A stretch of 63,592 bases of DNA, filler included, from Chiloscyllium plagiosum (Eukaryota), in NCBI RefSeq assembly GCF_004010195.1. It is 5 parts of one record of this genome, joined end to end, with 100 filler letters (N's around TTAATTAATTAA, not from the genome) between each part and the next. Parts side by side here need not be neighbours in the genome. Positions count along the whole stretch, not along the records: positions 28,804 to 57,640 come from NC_057716.1; 4 more parts are not named here. The stretch is one strand, 5' to 3'. Shown piece after piece: positions 40,125 to 53,039 of this stretch. The position numbers and the translations under genes were made by a program. Positions within the stretch are counted from its first letter, which is position 1. Each line of letters starts with the position of its first letter. The notes under the pieces were generated by a model. The model saw nothing but the letters and a program-made list of their open reading frames with translations, made no database searches and had not been told where the DNA came from.

Positions 40125-40995
40125 ATTGATACAGGAAATTGAGGGACAGGATGTACATGTATTTGGAAAGGCAAGGACTGATTTGGGATCGTCAACATGG
40201 CTTTGTGCGTGGGAAATCATGTCTCACAAACTTGATTGAGTTTTTTGAAGAAGTAACAAAGAAGATTGATGAGGGCAGAGCAGTAGATGTGATCTATATG
40301 GACATCAGTAAGGCGTTCGACAAAGTTTCCCATGAGAGACTGATTAGCAAGGTTAGATCTCATGGAATACAGGGAGAACTAGCCATTTGGATACAGAACT
40401 GGCTCAAAGGTAGAAGACAGAGGGTGGTGGTGGAGGGTTGTTTTTTAGACTGGAGGCCTTTGACCAATGGAGTGCCACAAGGATCGGTGCTGTGGGTCCT
40501 CTACTTTTGTCATTTACATAAATGATTTGGATGCGAGCATAAGAGGTACAGTTAGTAAGTTTGCAGATGACACCAAAATTGGAGGTGTAGTGGACAGCGA
40601 AGAGGGTTTCCTCAGATTACAACAGGATCTGGACCAGATGGGCGAGCAGTGGCAGATGGAGTTTAATNNNNNNNNNNNNNNNNNNNNNNNNNNNNNNNNN
40701 NNNNNNNNNNNNNNNNNNNNNNNNNNNNNNNNNNNNNNNNNNNNNNNNNNNNNNNNNNNNTTTTTCACACAGAGAGTGGTGCATGTATGGAATAAGCTGC
40801 CAGAGGATGTGGTGGAGGCTGGTACAATTGAAACAAATAAGAGGCATTTGGATGGGTATATGAATAGGAAGGGTTTGGAGGGATATGTGCCGGGTGCTGG
40901 CAGGTGGTACTAGATTGGGTTGGGATATCTGGTCGGCATGGACAGGTTGGACCAAAGGTCTGTTTACATGCTGTACATCTCTATGACTCTATGAT
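40125..40995 (+). mobile_element. 5'-truncated CR1 LINE (RT, gap, 3' end)
   Basis: QHGFVRGKSCLTNLIEFFEEVT, SKAFDKV, GVPQGSVL and SKFADDTK motifs. Confidence 0.9.
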
Positions 40996-41091
40996 ACAGG
41001 AGCTGCTGGTCTTGGGGTGTCTATCAGCACTAAATATATTACTTGTCAAAATGGTTGCTGACACTGGAAAAGGTGTATCAGTATGTGCCTT

Positions 41092-41316
41092 CCAAAGAAA
41101 AATATACTTTATTGCTCCTTGTAATGAGGAACATGCTTTAGCAAGTTAAGGCTGGCAAAGCTATGCAAAGCATAGTTATGGAAATAGTTGTATAACAGGA
41201 ACACCCAAAGAAAAACATAGTTTATTGCTCCTTGTAATGAAGGAGCATGCTTTAACAAATTAAGGCTGGCAAAGCTTTGCAAAACACAGTTATGGAAATA
41301 GTTGTATAACAGGAAC
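41092..41316. repeat. Diverged 113-bp tandem duplication
   Basis: CCAAAGAAAAA...ATAACAGGAACA occurs twice (from 41092 and from 41205) with scattered differences. Confidence 0.85.
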
Positions 41317-41699
41317 AAAGGCCAGGCCACCTTGTATTCATGCTGCCCTCACCCATCAACTCCCCACATTGTGGAGCTAGGAGCTACAATTCCTGTATGT
41401 AAACTGACATGGATTCTGTGAGACAGCAATACTCAAATCTTACCTGTACATATATTTACCTGCTTTTTATGCAAGAATGTTACAGAGAAGCAAATTGGCA
41501 AAATATAGTAAGGAGAAGTTAGATATTTGACAACACCTGCATCTGTGACTAGTACCTGCAGATCCTGTTCAAGGAGTTACAGAAATGCTGCCAAGTTATT
41601 TATCCAATGACTGATTCAACCTACTTATAGCAAGCATGGGATGAATAACTTCCATTGTCTGTGCAGCAGACAGTCATGCCATTTCTTGGATACCATATA

Positions 41700-41935
41700 G
41701 AAGAAGGGCTAATGCCCGAAACGTCGATTCTCCTGTTCCCTAGATGCTGCCTGACCTGCTGCGCTTTTCCAGCAACACATTTCCATCTCTGATCTCCAGC
41801 ATCTGCAGACCTCACTTTCTCCTCAAAGATTTCAACCTACTGCAAATCCTCTTACAAGGATGCCTTCCTTGAAGAAGCTCTCTTTCTCCCTCTACAAAGG
41901 TTTCAGTGAGTCCCTCTCTCACTGCACCCCCCAGA
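41700..41935 (+). mobile_element. PLE pLTR fragment
   Basis: GAAGGGCTAATGCCCGAAACGTCGATTCTCC...CTCACTTTCTCC, the same family as the hairpin elements. Confidence 0.7.
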
Positions 41936-42099
41936 ACAGGCTGGTCAACCATCAGCAAGTGAATTATTTGGCAGAAACACGTAGAGGTCCTTGAAATCCT
42001 TGACATTTGACTTCTGCACCAAGGTTGACAGAGTTGGCACATTCCTCTTCCATTGCTTGGCAACTGGATGTCTAAGCCTCTAATGTAGATACACACATT

Positions 42100-42345
42100 C
42101 ATGGGAGAAAATGAGGACAGCAAATGCTGGAGATCAGAGTTGAGAATCAGAGTCAAAATTGTGATGCTGGAAAAGCACAGCAGGTCAGGCAGAATCCAAG
42201 GAGCAGGAGAATAGATGTTTCGGGCATAAGCCCTTCATCAGAATGAGCTCATTCCTGATGAAGGGCTTATGCCTGAAATACCGATTCTCCTGCTCCTTGG
42301 ATGCTGCCTGACCTGCTGTGCTTTTCCAGCACCACACTCTTGACA
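42100..42345. mobile_element. PLE-derived hairpin element with back-to-back hammerhead-like motifs
   Basis: Palindrome centred on GAATGAGCTCATTC, with CTGATGAAGGGCTTATGCC(C/T)GAAA on both strands. Confidence 0.8.
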
Positions 42346-43699
42346 CACATTTATGGTTTGAAATGCGAACATCCACAACACACTGATATATTCAAAAGTC
42401 CTTTCTAGTCTAACATCACTGTATTTAGCATTTGCAGGATCAGAGGACCCACAATGATTGGAGAGATGATGTAAAGGTGGGCTCTTGAGTATATTGGCAA
42501 TTTGAAATGTTGAGGAGACAGCAATGAAGGTTATGAAGGTGCCCTCCCAACTCATTTTCAGGGGTGGAGAATTGCCAGAAATAGGGGCTAAGGTTTGTGT
42601 CATTGGCACTTTGGTACTTCGAGCAAATGAGGGAATTGACCCTGTTAGTTCATTAAAAAAAAAAGGGATATTGATATTGATATTAATATTAATATTGATA
42701 TAGAGGTGGGATGCAAAAATTGGATTGCATGACAATGGTGCCACAAAGGCAGTGACACAGATCCAAGCATACTTTCAAAATGTCTACAGCTAACTATAGT
42801 TATCTTCTTTTGGGTTTCACACATGTCCCATCACTGCTTGCTCACCTTGTCCTGATGCCCCATTGTGGGCAGCTTCATCCCTCAGGCATTAGGAGGAGAA
42901 AGAGATGTCTGAGGAGCCAGTGTCTTATCAGACCAATCTATACTCTGCTAACATAGATTATAATACCTTTGAAGGAATATAAGGTGTGTTTAGCATCATG
43001 GTGAAGGACATTCAACCAAAGTTTGGCAGGAGTTGACAGACTCAGAAATATTTGTATAAATTCTCTTTTTGAGAAGTGAGAACTGTCATGATGATATTCT
43101 ACTAGGCATTGAAGCAAAGCCTCAAGAATCACCTTGTGGGCAAATTGTTGGAGCATCAGCAGCAGATGCATGTCCATCTGTGAGAGTTCCTTGAGATAAT
43201 GCAAACTTATGCACTTTGAGTGGAAATGTCTTTGGCATTAATGAGCATAATCATGTCTCATAGGTTTCAATGCATGAGCCCATGAGGAAATGGCCAATCT
43301 CATGGAAAGGCACATACAGCATCAGTTGGAAAGCACGCAAGAGCAACATGACTCCCTGAAAGGGTACAAGGCTCACTCAGTAGCACAGAGCAGTTCATTC
43401 AAGAGTATGAACATTGATATCCATGAAATACACAAGGAGTTGAATTCCTGTAAATGGACATTTGCAATGTTGCACACTGTTTGTTAGAATTGATAAATGC
43501 TATACCCCAGCCAACCCACTTGAAGGCCAACCTCGAGCTGTGACAGCGAAAGTAGATCTCAGCACTCTCATCTTTTTCTAAATGCCTAACCCCTCCACCA
43601 CAGTCCTTGTCTACTACATTTCTAATTGTTAATGACTAATCTGCAGAAATACAGGGCCTACAGTCCGTGATAGGCCCCACTGGACACATGAATTATGCT

Positions 43700-43868
43700 A
43701 GCAAAAGTGAGGACGGCAGATGCTGGAGATGAGAGTCAAGAGTGTGGTGCTGGAAAAGCACAGCAGGTCAGACAGCTTCCGAGGAGCAACAGAATCGACG
43801 TTTCATCGATTCTCCTGCTCCTCGAATGCTGCCTGACCTGTGTGCTTTTCTAGCACCACACTCTCAAC
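43700..43868. mobile_element. PLE-derived hairpin element
   Basis: GAGAGTGTGGTGCTGGAAAAGCACA / TGTGCTTTTCTAGCACCACACTCTC arms. Confidence 0.75.
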
Positions 43869-46800
43869 ATGAATGATGCTGGCAGCCTCCATGCTCCTGA
43901 AGGTGAGTAACCTGCCTTCCAACTTCTCTTGGTAAGAATGTTTGAGAGTGCTGGCACTGATAGCTTTACTGTGGGCTTGTTTAATCGCACTTTTGTTAAA
44001 ATCTCAATTAATTACTTAACAAATATGTATATTTAGTACAAGGACTATTTTGGTCTGCTTTATGTATACTAATAACCTAAATTAGAAGCTTAACAGAAAG
44101 TATCAGGGTCTAATCTTTGGGACTGGAGACTGTATCCTAAAATCCACCTCTTATTATGTGATAGTTGCAGGGATATGTAATTCATGTCTGGCAATGGAAG
44201 GTTTGTTTCTTATCAAAACCTTCAAATAAAGTAGCGGTATGCCAAGAATTGTAGATCAAAAGACTCCTTGTAATGCTAGTTGTTCTTCAGTTATTGCTTT
44301 TGAAGGAGGATGAAGGATCAAATCCAATTTATCTGGAGCAACTGAAGAATCACTGCTGTGTTGAAGGGTGTCATCTGTAAGTGATTGTTACACAGTTAAA
44401 TAACATGGATTCCCGAATGTGAATATGCTGTGTATGTTCCAGGGAATCATGTTTTTGTGGTACTTCCCCTGCAACTGAAACTTTTGTCTACTTCGTAGTA
44501 GTGGCTAAGTTTTCACAGAGAACTGAGGTGCTTGGTAGAATTACATAACATAGGTGTCAAACATTGCTGTCACTGAGAACTGGTGGTGAATGGATAACCT
44601 GGAAGATAGTTGAAGCAATGGCAAACACCTTGCATGATGTTCAAAAACTGCAGTATTGTTGGTACACAGAATCATATCTGTAGATTGTGCATCTTAAGTC
44701 AAAGTTCATACAGGCTTCTTGGCCTTTGGAGTTTAGAAGAATGAGAAATGATACTGCTAATACATACTAAATTCTTGAAGTGTTTAATAGGGTAGACATT
44801 GAGGTTGTTTCCCAGGTTCAGAAATTAGAACATGGGTCAAAGCATCAAGATAAGAGGCCAGAACACAGAGAACTGAAATATGGATAGATTTCTTCACTCA
44901 GAGGGTTGTGAACTTGGAGTTCTTTAGTCAATATAGAAGTGGACGCATGCTGCTTGAGCATATTCAAGGCTGGGATAGATGATTTTCAATCTCTCAGGGA
45001 TACGGGAGAATGGAGTTGAAACAGAAAAGCGACTGATAATAAATGCTGAAGTCAACTTGAAGGACCATTATTTTCTTATATATGATTTCTGAATCAACTG
45101 TCTAAGAAACACCATTGACTCATGAATATTGAGGCTAAGCGTAAGACAGTAGATTAGAATCTGAGTATTCTGTGACAAATTTTGGATCTCCTGACACCTT
45201 AAAATCTTTTCAAGGCACAAATCAGAAGTGTGATTAAATATTTTTTACTTGCTGGATGAATGTAACTCCCGCATTCCTCAGAAAGCTTGACAGGATTCAG
45301 TTCAAAACAGACCAATTAACTGGCACTCTATTCACTGAAATAACTCTACAGAAGCCAGTATCTTGTCACCAAGTCACCATTTATTTACATGTAAAAAGTT
45401 CTTGACATTGATGCAGCTCTCTCAGTGCCAGCTCTGAGTGTCAGGATGTCTGATATTCCATGGTTTTATCTGTCAGCCAGAGCTCCCTGATCAGACCAGC
45501 TTAACAGCCACAATCAGGGAACCCATAGTCTATGAGGTCCACCTAGTTAACATCATTACATTCATTACATTCCTCCTATGCTGAGTCCAAGGATTCAAGC
45601 CAGATCTTTTCTTTTTATAGCTCCTCCTGGGGCATTTTAGCACTGGGTTAGGTTCCTCTGACTCTGCCTCAGATACGGGCAGCATGTACTGCACAGTATC
45701 TCGGCTATCAGAAGAACTTCATTCTCTTCTTTAGCAACAAAGACATCTAGGCAGCAACAGCCACCGTGTTCATCTCAGATTCTGAGGTCTCTTTAGCACT
45801 TGATATAGAGAGAGAACCCACATGTTCCATCAGGTTTTCCAACTATTCCAAGGAGCCAGGTGCTCTTTGCAGCTCTTTGCGAATTTGCAGCTTTCATATG
45901 GTTCATGTGCTTAGTTCAGGACCATTGACCTACCCAAACATTATATCTCATTGGACCTGACCTTGCATCGACCATGCTTCTTACCCTTCCTGTAGTTCCT
46001 ACACAAAACTTTGTCTCCTGAAGTAAACTGTCTCCCTAGTTTAGCGGGGGCTTGTGTTTGACATTGACGTTCCTGATGCCATTTCACCCTTGCCCCACAA
46101 AGGTCCAGGAAGATTAAATTTAACCTGATGCAGAGTCTTCTTCCCAGTTGCCACTCTGCTGAAGCTATCCTTATAGATGTATGAAGAATAGTCCTACACT
46201 CAAATAGGAACTGGTACAGTTTGTATCGAATAAAGCTATATGCTGTTCATTAAACTGCCTTTAACGTTTGAATTGCTTTTTTTGCCAGACCATTGGATAA
46301 TGGATGATATGGACCTGTCTTTATATGTCAAATACTATTCAACTTAAGGAAATACTCAAATTCCCTGTTGGTAAACGATGTCCCTTTATCTGTGACCAAC
46401 ACTTCTGGGGGTCTGTGTGTTGCAAAAGATATGCGCAATTTTTCTATGGTCATCCCTGTATTTGATGAATGAACTCTATGCATGTCCAGTCACTTTTAGT
46501 GGGCACCTACAATGACTAAGAACATTGACCCATGAAAGGACCTGCATAGTCAATGTGTAACTGAGTCCAGGGTTTTCCTTCACTATTCCCACGGATATCC
46601 TTGTTTTTGTTGGCACTTTGGGCACTGCCTCACCAACATGGCTATATCTGCATCCAATCCTGGCTACCAGACATAAATATTTGACCAACCTCTTTGTTTT
46701 TGGAAACCCCTGGATGACCACTGGTAGTGTTCAGCCAATATCTGGTGGCGAACTTTGCTTGGGACATTTACTCTTAAACCTCCCCACCCCCACCATAAAT

Positions 46801-49150
46801 AGATACTTTCCTCTCTTATTATTTTATCTCTCTGGATCCAAAAAGGTTTCAGCTCTGGTTGTGAAGGTCTTTTGGTTTTCACTATCACCACCAACTGTTT
46901 CAGTTTTGCTAGGACCGCATCTTTCTGCATCCAAAGTCAGCTGTGACTGGAAGGGTGTACAGAAAATTTAATACCATTATGGACTCTTCCAGTAGTAGTA
47001 CTACCAGTGGTGTACCTGCCAGTGGGAGGTGGCTCAATGTATTTGCATTTGCTACTTGGCCTCCGGAACGGTGTTCCAACTTGTAATTATATGCACTTAG
47101 TGTTAGAGCCCACTGCTGAATTTGGCCTGAAGCTATGGCAGCACTGCTTTGTTCTCTTTAAGTAGACCAAGCAGGGGTTTGTGGTCTGTCATTATTACAA
47201 ATTTTTATCCAGAAGGGTATTGGGGGAACTTCCTGACTCCAAATCTGACTGCCAAACTGGGTGTATATACACTCAGCCAAAATCCTGGTTGAATACACTA
47301 TTGGGCGTTCATCTCTATTGGGCCACCAATAAGCTCATACTACCCCAATCTTGTTTGGGGATGCATTGCATGTCAATACCAGATCTCACTTGCGATCTAC
47401 TGTGCCATTGGAAGATGACAGCTGTTTCTTTTCTTCCCTGAAAGCTATGGTTTGGCAATGTGACTATATCCTGTTAAGAGTAGATGCAAAGGTACCAGGA
47501 TGGGGGCTAGGTTATGTATACACTTTCTGAAATAATTCACCAGTCCAAGGAAAGACCTCTGATACAGACATGGGAGTCAGGGCACCTTTGATCGCCCTCA
47601 CTTTATCTTCCAACATTTGTAACCCGACCTTGTTGATTCTGTAGCCCAAGTAAGTCACTTGGGGTGCTTGGAACACAGATTTTTCTCTTCTTAGATATAT
47701 GCATGCCTGGGAGAAATGTCTAAGCACTATGTCCAAGTTCTCTAAGTGCTCCTTCTCGGTTTTCTCTATTGTTATCATGTCATCGAGATCAATGGAGACC
47801 TGAAGTAGACCTTGTAAAATGTTCTCCATTCTACATTGAGAAAGTGCACAGGCTGATGATACCCCAGATGGCAGTTTCATTTATTGATACAAATCCTTAT
47901 GGGTATTAATTGTAGCATACTTCTGGGAATACTCAACTAACTCAGTTGCAAGTATGCACGCCTCATGTCCAGCTTTGTGTAGGACATCCTTCCTGCCACC
48001 TTTGTGTATAAATCCTCGAGGCAAGGGATTGGGTACTCACCCAACTGCAAAAGGTTGTTTACCATTTATTTAAAGTCCCCACAAAGGAGAACTGACCTGT
48101 CAGGCTTCACAATCGGTCCAACCAGTGCGGCCCATTCTGCAAACTGGACTTGATTCCTTCGCTTCCAGCATTCTGATTTCTGTCTCTACTATTGCAAATG
48201 GGAATTGCAGAATTGTGGAATTGCTTCCTGGTCAACATTCAAGGTGGTACCTTTGATCATCCCTAGAATTTCCTGAAAAGCTTGTGGATATTTAAGTTAG
48301 GACTTCACTCAGGCCGTCATTTTCTAATTGAAACATGGTGAACCAAACTAGGTGAACCTTTCTCAACTAATTTTGTCCCATCAAGCTTGGGCCCCAGCCT
48401 TTTACTGCAATCAGTAGAAACTGAACCAGCTGCATCTCATAAGAGTCCGGAACCAAAGGTGCACTCTGTTTCTGTAAAGGCTCCCCAGTATAGGTTGTCA
48501 GTCCAGCCAAGGTCTTGTGCAAACATAAGGATTGGAATTCCAGAACAAATTTTCTTGTAGAATGTTTCTGCGATCACTGATATGACCATGCTGTTATTGA
48601 CCTCCATTAGAATTGGGTGGCCTTTTAACCAGCTGTTTATTTTGATTGTTTCTGATTTAGATGTTGCTAAGCAATTTAACTGTCCCAAAGCAGATGTAGG
48701 TGGATTTTCCAGGGTGTGCACACTCCTGGATACTAGCCTATGAGTTCATTTACTCACTTTAGGTCTAGTGGGACTTTTTTGCTGTCTTGCATACTCGCAG
48801 CAACTACAATGTCTTGCTGGCCCAGATCTTGAGGTAAATTCTAACTGTTTGGCCAAGGCATGGCTGTGTTTTGGGGCTTTGCTGTGACCTGATCTAAAGT
48901 CCCTCTGTTCAGAATATGTTCTGAGTGAAGCTATGCAATTGCCTTCACTCAAGTCATGTTTCCCAAGCTCAGTCAGACTGGCAAGGGTATACACTTCCAT
49001 TGAAATACCCTGTTATTCATATGCTCCACTTGCTGCATTTTCCAATGATAAAACCAGTTGTTGTGTCTGTTTGAAATCCAGCTGGGCTTCAGCTAAGGGC
49101 GCTTTTGCATGATTCCATCATTAATCCCATGTACCAAATGGTCTCTCAGT

Positions 49151-49168
49151 ATCCCACTCTCATTGCCA
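49151..49168 (-). promoter_or_regulatory. Primer binding site, likely tRNA-Ser(GCT)
   Basis: TGGCAATGAGAGTGGGAT lies 1 nt after the LTR end. It matches TGGCGACGAGGGTGGGAT (complement of the vertebrate tRNA-Ser-GCT 3' end as recalled) at 15/18, and two of the differences are at CpG sites. Confidence 0.6.
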
Positions 49169-49629
49169 CTGAAGTAACTCCACAAAGGCTGGTAACCAAT
49201 CACCAAGTCACCTTTTATTTATTTGAGGAGCTGATGGTCTACTGCTATTAGCGCTGAACTGTTAATCCAGAGAATCAGGTAATGTTCTGGGTTCTGGATT
49301 GTGGAATTGTATTCAATAAAAAAAATCTGTAATCAAGATCACTGATGACCATAATCCATTGTGGATTGTCAGAAAAACCTATTTGGTTCTCTAATGTCTT
49401 TTACAGAATGAAACTTGGTCTAGCCTACATGAGGCTCCAGACACACAGCAATGTGGTTGACCCTTAACTGCCCTCTAGACAATTAGGGATGGGCAATAAT
49501 TGCTGGCCCTTATTCCATGAGTGAATAAAAATAACTTTTTAACAACTTTCACGTGGAGACCCCTGGACACAGATCCAGCTCCCTTTGAGCCAGCTCTCAG
49601 AGTGAACACAATGTCTGACACACCTATTC

Positions 49630-50902
49630 TTTTTTTTTTCTTTTTTTAAAATCTCTCCCCCACACTACTGCCTAACAGTAGTGGTGTTTATTTTTCCCCA
49701 GTGCTCATGTTGTGTGCATAAACCTTTATTTATATTCCACCACCAGGAAAGAAAGGATACACTAGAGTGGTCAGTGACAAGCAGTGTCCTTCTCAACAAA
49801 GGGCAATGCTGTGTGATCTAAAAATGTGAAGGAGAGGTCAGGAATTAAATCAAAATAGAGTTGATGGGGGAAATACAACATTCCACTCCCCGTGGTGCCC
49901 ACCTCTCCCTGAACAGCTCAAGGGTGTTGGTGGACACAATGTGCTCCTTCTCCAGGGACACCAAGCTCAGACAGTCCTGTTCTTTTTTCCCCTGATACTC
50001 CTGTTTTTTTTTTCTTTTTTATTTTTCCCCCACACTACCGCCTAACGGCAGTCATGCTTATTTTTCCCCGCACCCATGTTGTGTGTGCGCAGGTGTAAGA
50101 CACAGTGAAAGACACAAGGTGTACAAATCTTTATTCAGTTTCCACCACCAGGAAGAAAAGAAACACCCAAGTGGCCAGTGACAAGCAGTGCCCTTCACAC
50201 CAAAGGGCAATGCTGCGTGACCAAACAGTTAAGGGGAGGGCAAGGATTAAATCAAAATAGAGTTGGAGGGGGAAATAATGCACTCCACTCCCTGCGGCAC
50301 CCACCTCTCCATGATCATGTCAAGGGTGTTGGTGGACACCATGTGCTCCTTCTCCAGTGACACCCGGGCTCAGACAGTCCTGTTCTTTTTTTAATTTTTT
50401 TTTCACAGAGCCTGGTATCCCATCACCAAGTTACTTTTATTTACACTAGAATGTTCTTGGCACTGATCCAGCTCCCTCAGAACCAGCTCTCAGAATATCA
50501 AGATGTCTGACACTCCTGTTAATTTTTTTCTATTTCTTTTTTTTAACCCCCACATTACCGCATAACTGTGTCAGTGCTTATTTTTTCCACAGCACCCATG
50601 TTGTGTGTGTGCAGGTGTAAGACACAGTGAAAGACACAAGGTGCATGAATCTTTATTCAGTTTCCACCACCGGAAGAAAGGAATCACCCGAGTGGCCAGT
50701 GACAAGCAATGCCCTTCACAAAGGGCAATGCTGTGTGATCAAACAGTGAAGGGGAGGGCAGGGATTAAATCAAAATAGAGTTGGAGGGGGAAATAATGCA
50801 CTCCACTCCCTGTGGCACCCACCTCTCCCTGAACAGCTCAAGGGTGTTGGTGGACACCATGTGCTGCTTCTCCAGGGACACCCGGGCTCAGACAGTCCTG
50901 TT
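49630..50902 (-). mobile_element. Three about 360-380-bp Tx1-type (L1 clade) 3' fragments inside the Gypsy 5' LTR
   Basis: Copies at about 49630-49981, 50005-50384 and 50521-50902. The minus strand reads ARVSLEKQHMVSTNTLELFRERWVPQGVECIISPSNSILI*, then a 3'UTR with AATAAA and an A-rich tail. Confidence 0.7.
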
Positions 50903-53039
50903 CTTATCCGTCAACCAGGGTTCCCTGATTGAGCCAGATTAATGGCCTCAATCAGCAAACTTCTGTTCTGAGATCCACCTACTTGACTTTATTACAATCA
51001 CTAAATTCTCCACCTTAAGTATTCATTCCCTCTGTCTCTTGGACTCCATAATTGTAGTGATCACCATTTTCAAGATACCTGCTGCATTCTCCAAGGATTC
51101 TTCCACAGCACTTCCCAAATCAACAACCCTGCTACCTAGAAGGGTAGCAGTCACATGGGTACTCCATGAAACTGTAAGTTACTCTCCAATCACACATGTT
51201 GACATAAAAGTGCATTGAAAAAAATCCTGGAACACTAACAGAACTAGTACATGTTGACAGTTGTTTAACAAGCTGTCTCACCTTACCTTCTCAAAGGCTA
51301 CTGTGGATAAGTAATAACAGCTGGTCTTACCAAGGGTACCAACTAATCATGGAACAGTTTTTAACCTAACAAGTAAATGGTATTTAAGGCAAATGGAAAA
51401 TACAAAACAGCTTCACAATTTTTGGGACAGATCAAAACATGCTGGAAACAAATAGTAATTTTGTGGTGCTTGTGTAAACTATCTCACCGTATATTCTAAA
51501 ATTATATGTATTTTCCAATGTTGAACTTAAGGTGAAAATATAATCATACGAGTCCCGTCGGCCATTAAATGGCAATTTGGTAGTGAAATGAATGGGTTGA
51601 ACTAACATGTGGTAAATGAATAGGGCCAATTTCAAACACCACATCATTGTATAATAGATCCTGGCTCTCTACTGTGTGGTTAGCCAAATGTAGGTGAAGT
51701 AAACTCAAAGAGTTCAGTGTCAGAAAGCAGTAAATTCATGTTGAACATGCAAAATGAAATAGTTACAATGGGGTATTTTTTTTTTAAATGTTATTACATT
51801 TACTTTACTGACCAATCATAAAAAGTCTTCTACCTGAAAAATTAAATTTTATTTTATTCAGTGCATTAAAGCTCTTTTATTTTCTTATCGGGTGCTAAGA
51901 AGCTCATGGTATTCAGGTTCTCAGATTCAATGATAACCTGTATGCAAAATAGAAAATATAAAGTACTGTACTGGAGATTAATTTTTCTCTAGTAACTTTC
52001 TTCAATGGTGCTTGTTCAATAAAAATAGTCTTAACAACTTGCAATATTAATTCACAGCTTTTTATTTTTTTATTTTGTGTTCTCAGTTATCACATTTTAA
52101 TTCCTTTACCAACATCTACTTTATGTTCAATGCCTTTTGGGAAATCAGTGACATTTCATCAGTAATCTTTGGCTGGACTTTGTCAACTGTCGGTTATTGC
52201 TATCATTGCAACAGATATTGTGTTCCACTTTTATATTCCCTTTATTTGTTTTTGTCCATGAAATTATAATTCAAGTTCAAAGAGCTAATGGTGAATCACA
52301 AAAGGTTAAGATGCACACACAGGCAAGTGTTTAGGAAGGCAAATCTGGTTGTTTATTGCAAGGGGAATGAAATATAAATATAGGGAGGTTTTGCTATATG
52401 TTGTAAAGGGCATTAGGAGACCACATCTATTGTACTGTGTGCGGTTCTGGTCTCTCTATTTTAGAACAAGAAATTAGAAATGTATAAGAACATAAGAAAT
52501 GTGAGCAGGAGTAGGCCATTTGGACTCTAAAACAGGTTCATGCCTGATCACCCTCAGCTCTTATGTCAGTGTTGCAATTCCCTGTTAATTCTAAAAAACT
52601 ATCTACTTCCATTTTAAATGCTTCAGTGTTTTAACCTCCACATCTCCCTGAGGTAGAGAATCTCAGGCAAATACTACTTTCAGGGAGAAAAAATTCTCTC
52701 TGAGGGCCTCTTAATCTGTAATTATGTCTCTTAATTTGAGATTACCTCATGGAAACATTGTCTGAATAGGTACTCTGTTAACACCTCTCAGTATCTTGTT
52801 TCAAAAAGAACAGCCCCATTCTTCCAGCTCCAATGAATAACGGCCTAATCTGTTTAGCCATTCGTTTCATCTCAGAAATCAGCTCAGTGAACCTTTTTTG
52901 TACAGTGGCAATACCATTTTTTATTTTTCAAATGCAGGGAACAAAACTGTACACAGTACTCCAGGTGCGGCCTCACTGACACCCTATGCAGTTGTAATAC
53001 ACTTCTTTATTTTTAAACTCACCCACCCACCCATCACAT

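Larger units (their letters stand above)
45336..51005 (-). mobile_element. Degenerate Gypsy LTR retrotransposon with both LTRs, inserted in an L2-like fragment
   Basis: Gag-protease (INSWLKGHPILMEVN), RT (KLPSGVSSA..IDLDDM..VTYLGYRI), RNase H and integrase. 3' LTR at about 45336-45569 with PPT AGGAGGAA; 5' LTR at 49170-51005 (interrupted). Candidate TSD TTCAC / TTCTC. Confidence 0.85.

Noticed and set aside
42238..43487. ORFs 42238-42744, 42938-43204 and 43290-43487 as host genes
   Set aside because: No recognisable domain. They overlap the PLE hairpin and a (GATATT)n repeat, and may be decayed Harbinger accessory sequence, which I cannot support.
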